From contig OZ024743.1 of NCBI GenBank assembly GCA_964016885.1, forward strand, positions 366,544,001 to 366,608,000: DNA of 64,000 bases, written 5' to 3'. Positions 58,926 through 64,000 of the stretch are shown here, piece after piece (the stretch's first letter is position 1; the number at the start of each line of letters is the position of its first letter). The notes beneath the pieces were generated by a model that worked only from the letters and a program-made list of their open reading frames with translations, made no database searches and was not told the origin of the DNA. The position numbers and the translations under genes were made by a program. The DNA is from Eledone cirrhosa. Lineage: Eukaryota.

Positions 58926-59749
58926 GGTTTCTGTTCTTTTAACTTTGGCAGCACACATGTGAGTGATAATTGTTGTTCAGTGTTTGCTGTGGCTTACCAC
59001 CTTATTTTATTTAACTGTCTCTCCTAATAAATGTAATAACTACTTACTCTCTGCACTACTTCTAGCCTCCTTTTTTCCACATGAACTAAGTATCATTTAT
59101 AACCTGCCACAACACACTCTCATCATATTATTTGTCAGCTAATTCTTTACGGAATATATATGATTTACATATAATGAGGGGATGAGTTTTCTATGTGGCC
59201 CACTAGATCTGCTAGAAATAGCAGCCAAATCTCTCACAAATTACTTCCATCTGAAAAAAGATCATATTGTATAATGTGGGTGGGTGTCCAATGGGCATTT
59301 GAGCAAAAGATAAAACTTTGATGTGGTCGTTCTACCTGCTAGAAACAGCAGCCAAATCTCCCACAATTTTCACCCCAATATCTTTAAAAAAGAAAGCATA
59401 CACTAGAGAATACATTATGTCTGGGGAAATAAATGTTCATGGCTGGAATGTTTGCTTTATCAAGGCTGACAAAACAACATCTCAAAAGAAGACATTAAAG
59501 TGAAAGATTGTAATGATCTTCATGCCAACACCTTGGAAATTCAAAAACAAAAATTGGTTTGTAAACATAATGTTGTGCCTCTCAACTTATTTTGAATCAA
59601 GCCAATTAAGGAATCTTAATGCAATTGCTTAACCTGCTAGAAGTAGCACCTAAATCTCCCTCAAATCATATCCAGTCTGTTGAACAATAATTGGAAGGAT
59701 ATATTAGAATAATGTAATCCTTGGGTACAAGCTGAAGCATATAGACAAT

Positions 59750-60035
59750 ATGCCCCCACACCCCCACACCGCAAGGTGGTCGTGGAGGTGCCACGGCAAA
59801 AAAGCACCCAGCCCACACTGTAAAGTGGACGTGTAGACGCCACGAAAAAGCACCCAGCACTCACTGTAAATGAAGTTCTTGTCAGGAAGGGCATCCAGCT
59901 GTAGAAACCAAGCCAAATCAGTTCCTGTATGAGCAAGGCATGGTCAGCCGACCAGACACTGCCCACAACAGGACAACCCGTCTAACCCATGCTAGCGTGA
60001 AAGAACGGACGTAAAACGGTGATGATGATGATGAT
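59750..60035 (+). mobile_element. 3' UTR fragment of the RTE-like family at 35402
   Basis: Reverse complement of ~35402-35650. Ends ggacgtaaaacgg(tga)n. Confidence 0.8.
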
Positions 60036-60459
60036 TATGTTGAAATCAAGATGGGATAGTCACAGCTGGAACATGCTTGATTTTAGGTCTGCTTTTTCAT
60101 TCTTGCTGATATAGTTTCATTTTTCTGATGTGAAACAGGACAAAATATTTGATCATGCTTTAGTATGAATATATGACTGAAATCTGAAACAAGATTGCTA
60201 AAATCAATCTTGTGGTTTATTCAAGGAATCACTATTAGAACTTTTTATGAAGTAAATAACTTTGCATTCCTCTATTCAAATAATTACTGTTTTGATACCA
60301 ACCCACTCCAAAACTGCCCCAATTCTTCTGTTTTAAAAATTTATATTTAAATAAAAAATGTTATAAAGGAATAGTTTTGTTAAGCTATGTGCTAAACTAC
60401 AACATAATAATATATTTAATTATTTTACTAAATCCCTTCATATTGTTGATGATCATTAT

Positions 60460-61760
60460 CCTATCAGAAGCAACCATCTCCAACTAATCTCGTTTTATCC
60501 CTAAGTGAGACCAGCTCAGGATCTACCCCTGGGTTTCCTGCTGTAAAATGTGTCCAGTGATTCTTTCCTGGGGCATTCTAACCATATGCCCATAGTATCT
60601 GAGCTGCGATCTTTCAATTCTGAGAAGTAGTGGCTCTACCTGGAGTGACTCTCTCATCTCCGAGCTACACACTTTATCAAATAACATTACTCTAAAGACC
60701 CTTCAGAGGAACTCCATTTCGGTTTCTTTGCGATCATATTCTTTTGGTCATTACCCAAAAATTCATGACCATAGGTACTAAAACCAAATTGAAGATGGCA
60801 AATTTGGCTTTTACGCCTACCCCCCCCCCCTCTTCTGATTACCGAATGCTGAAGTTGGCACATTACTGCACCAGCTCCTGCAATTCTTGCACTTAATTCA
60901 ACCTCCTGCCTTCCATCACTTGTGAACACAACCCTAAGATACTTGAATTTCTCTACCTACTTTAGTGGAACTCCAGTCACATGTAGAGTGCACTGTGCAG
61001 GCTTCCTTGAGAGGATGAGTGTCTCAGTTTTCGCAGCACTGATTTTCATTCCAGCCATGCAGCCATTACTGTCTCTGCTGCAACTCTTCATGCCTGCTTG
61101 TATCACAAGTGTGAGAAGGAGGACTTCTTTCCAAGCCAAGTTTTGTAGACCTCCTTCCTTGCTTAGATGGAACCAAAGGGTCCTCCTGCCACCCAGCACC
61201 ACACCAAGCCTCTTTCACCCACAGCATTTAACAGTTGAAGCAGAAACTACTGAGCTGAACAATCTCCACTCTGTCTCAACATCCTCAGTTTGCTCAGGGA
61301 GTTCTCTGATTTGGGATATAATAGTATCTGCATACCTGGTCCTTATCTGCCAATGACATCCTTATTTGCCAATGCTTCCCACTTTATCCTGTAGGTTGCC
61401 CTGGACCTACCAGTTTTGTGGGCTCCCTTAGCTTTAGTTAGTCTCAAGTTGCAGGTAACTAGATGGTGATCAATTGACAGCTCAGCCCCTCTCTTAACAC
61501 GAACATTCAACACAGAATCTAAGAGATCAGAGACAATAATAAAATCAATTATTGATTACTGTCCCTGATTCCCCTTATACCATGTATATTTATGGATGTC
61601 TTTGTACTGGAAGAAGGTGTTCATAATAGAGAGTCCATTGCTAAATAAAGCCTCTCCATTCATATTTAGATCTGGGTCACCATTCCTTCCAATCACTCCT
61701 TTCCATGTCAGGTGTGCAGTGCCAACATGTACATTGAACTCTCCTATCAGGATATATGAC
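60460..61760 (-). mobile_element. Decayed RTE/Expander-like LINE
   Basis: GEFNVHVG endonuclease motif at ~61722-61745, and GMKISAAKTETLILSRK...FKYL...FTSDGRQEVELSARI. Confidence 0.7.
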
Positions 61761-62708
61761 TGTCTTAATTAAATCTAACACTGCATTACAATATTAACTG
61801 AAAAACATAGGTAGTGTATTTCATTATAAATATGGTAATGAAATGGTTAATGTATGCAAGCGAGATTGAGTGATTATAAAGTGTGCTTTGCAATCATGTA
61901 GTCCTCAGTTTGATCCCACTACGTGGACAAGTGTCTTTATACCATTGCCTGGGATTGACCCAAGTCTTGTAAGTGAAATTAGGTAAGCATCTCTTCCACA
62001 TTGATCAAACTTATATCATTCTGGGGGCAACGGTGATGATCTGTGTATTATTGTTACAAGAAAAATTATTATTAAAAAAGTAAGCATCAAAACAGTCATT
62101 TGCTTCACTTTTTTCTTTTTAAATTAAATTGGTTGAAGAAAAGAAAGAGGTTTTGCCCATGACCTTTACAGTCTCTCCAAGATTAGAACTAATTTTCTTG
62201 AACAAAGGGTCGAGAGGACTCTTTAGGTAACCTCCTTAATGCTGCTGATTTACATGATAAATGCCCTTAGAAAACCCTGTAAAGTGGTTTGCGATATGAA
62301 GGGCATCCAGCCACAGAAAAACTGGCAAACAATGGGTTGGAAGGACTCTTGTGTCAAAGACATAATAACCCCCAAGTGCTGAGGTCATGATAAAAGGCAC
62401 TTGGTAATATGCAGAATCATATGTAAGCAAGTAGTGGGCTGCTGAACCATCTGAGCATGTGGTAGGGTGCAGAAACATAAGCAAAATGCTGGCTCCTGGC
62501 CCATCATGAAGTCAGTATCTTTGCTTTGAGTACCTACCTGGTCTGCTGATGACCCACTCAACCCTTGATAGGCAGCTAAATTGCCTTTAAATCAATTCCT
62601 ACTATTTTAAATAAAATGCTTTGGATAATGTGATTCCTTCTTGTACTAAACCTGAAAATAAAGTCTATAATCATTCGTCTGTTTGACCAAGGCTGATCTG
62701 GGGTTAAA

Positions 62709-62899
62709 TAATAATTGTTTCTACTTTAGGCACAAGGCCAGCAATTACCCAGTGCATTACTGGTACTTTATTTTATCGACCCCGTAATGATGAAAGGCAA
62801 AGTCAACCTCGGCGGGATTTGAACTCAGATCGTAAAGGGACGTAACTATGCTGGAAAGCATGGCGTCCGACCCTCTACTGATACTGCCAATCCACCGCC
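62709..62899 (-). mobile_element. tRNA-derived SINE, full-length
   Basis: Reverse complement of the 4966 family. Confidence 0.9.
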
Positions 62900-64000
62900 C
62901 TATAATGAGTATATAACAGTTAACTTTATGAATTTAGACTATACAAAACATTATGTATTGTAAATTTCTATGAATGTAGTACCTGGGTTATGTAAATCAG
63001 AAGTTTATAGCTAATATTTTCACACTAGATCTTTTAAGATCATTTTTTTTAACTAGTAATATTTTATTTTAATTATTCTTTAATGGAATGGACTAATCAG
63101 AGGAGGAAGGGCAATGTCCTAACCCTTTTCAGGACTACTGTGGGTAGTGAGAGGGAATTATTCTCATACCAGGGACCTGGTTCAAATGCTTGCAACAGTG
63201 TGAGCTCCACTAAAAGCACTCAAAAGTCACATGGCTTAGGTTAAGTTAATCTGTGCAATAGATGAAATAAGTCTACAACCAAAGAAACGAAAGCATCTGA
63301 TTGATTTTCAAACAGTTTCTGTTTAGCAAACTATCCAGATAAAGCTTTTCTCAGCCTGTGGCTATAGTAGAAAATATTTGTGCAGTGGGATTGAAACTGA
63401 ATCAATGTAATTACCTGTACCCATTAATATACATTCCAAAAGAGAAAATACAACAATGCTGGTGTGTAGGTAACTATCAGGGTAAGAAGAGTAATGATAG
63501 AGCATCAACTAAATATCTAACATATGTTTCAAGTTCAAATCCTACCAGAGCCTACTTTACCATTTATCCTTATAGTACCACTGAAATAAGTACCAGTTAT
63601 CTACTAGAGTTAATTCAGTCAACTATCTATCTTAGACCATTCCATTCTGTATTGTACATTAAGCTTTCCTTGTTAGTATTTCATGCAGCTTGTCTCTGAA
63701 CAAAGGAGAACTGTGAGTGATTTCCCATAATATTTCTCATGGCATACTGAAGATGAGAGAAAATAATTGATCCCAGTATTAGACTGGTACTTTATTTTTT
63801 ATCATCTCTGAAAGGATGAAAGGCAAAGTTGGTCTTGGCAATATTTGAACTCAAAGTGTAGAGAGTTGAAACAAATACTTGCAAAGCATTCTATCCAACA
63901 CAGATGACTGCAATTTTGCCATCTTTCAATCAATTATAGTTCCAACCAATAGTCTTATGTAAGAAATTATTGGTGGTTGAAGTAGTAGCAAATCTCAAAT

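Overview
AT-rich, microsatellite-dense animal genomic DNA. The SINE and LINE repertoire suggests a cephalopod, probably octopus (inference). Three phase-1 exons (5344-5517, 11314-11493, 13346-13528, + strand) encode consecutive thrombospondin type-1 repeats of a semaphorin-5 gene. I found no further exon in the remaining ~50 kb. The introns hold two large Penelope-like elements (PLEs; RT plus GIY-YIG), each with an inverted 5' pseudo-LTR, plus several RTE-clade LINEs, tRNA-derived SINEs, an R4/Dong-like fragment and old DNA-transposon remnants. The most striking signal is a dense set of about 14 type-I hammerhead ribozyme motifs from several unrelated sequence families. Some sit in the PLE termini. 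Others sit in small ORF-less palindromic units inserted in (TA)n tracts, with the layout tail - inverted hammerhead - hammerhead. A recurrent GAGTRCY motif lies in the tails. The third semaphorin exon also has an open, coding-like read-through followed by AATAAA, which could give a secreted truncated isoform. All ribozyme folds were paired by eye and none is experimentally shown. The many [12 protein letters not shown] ORFs are microsatellite artefacts.
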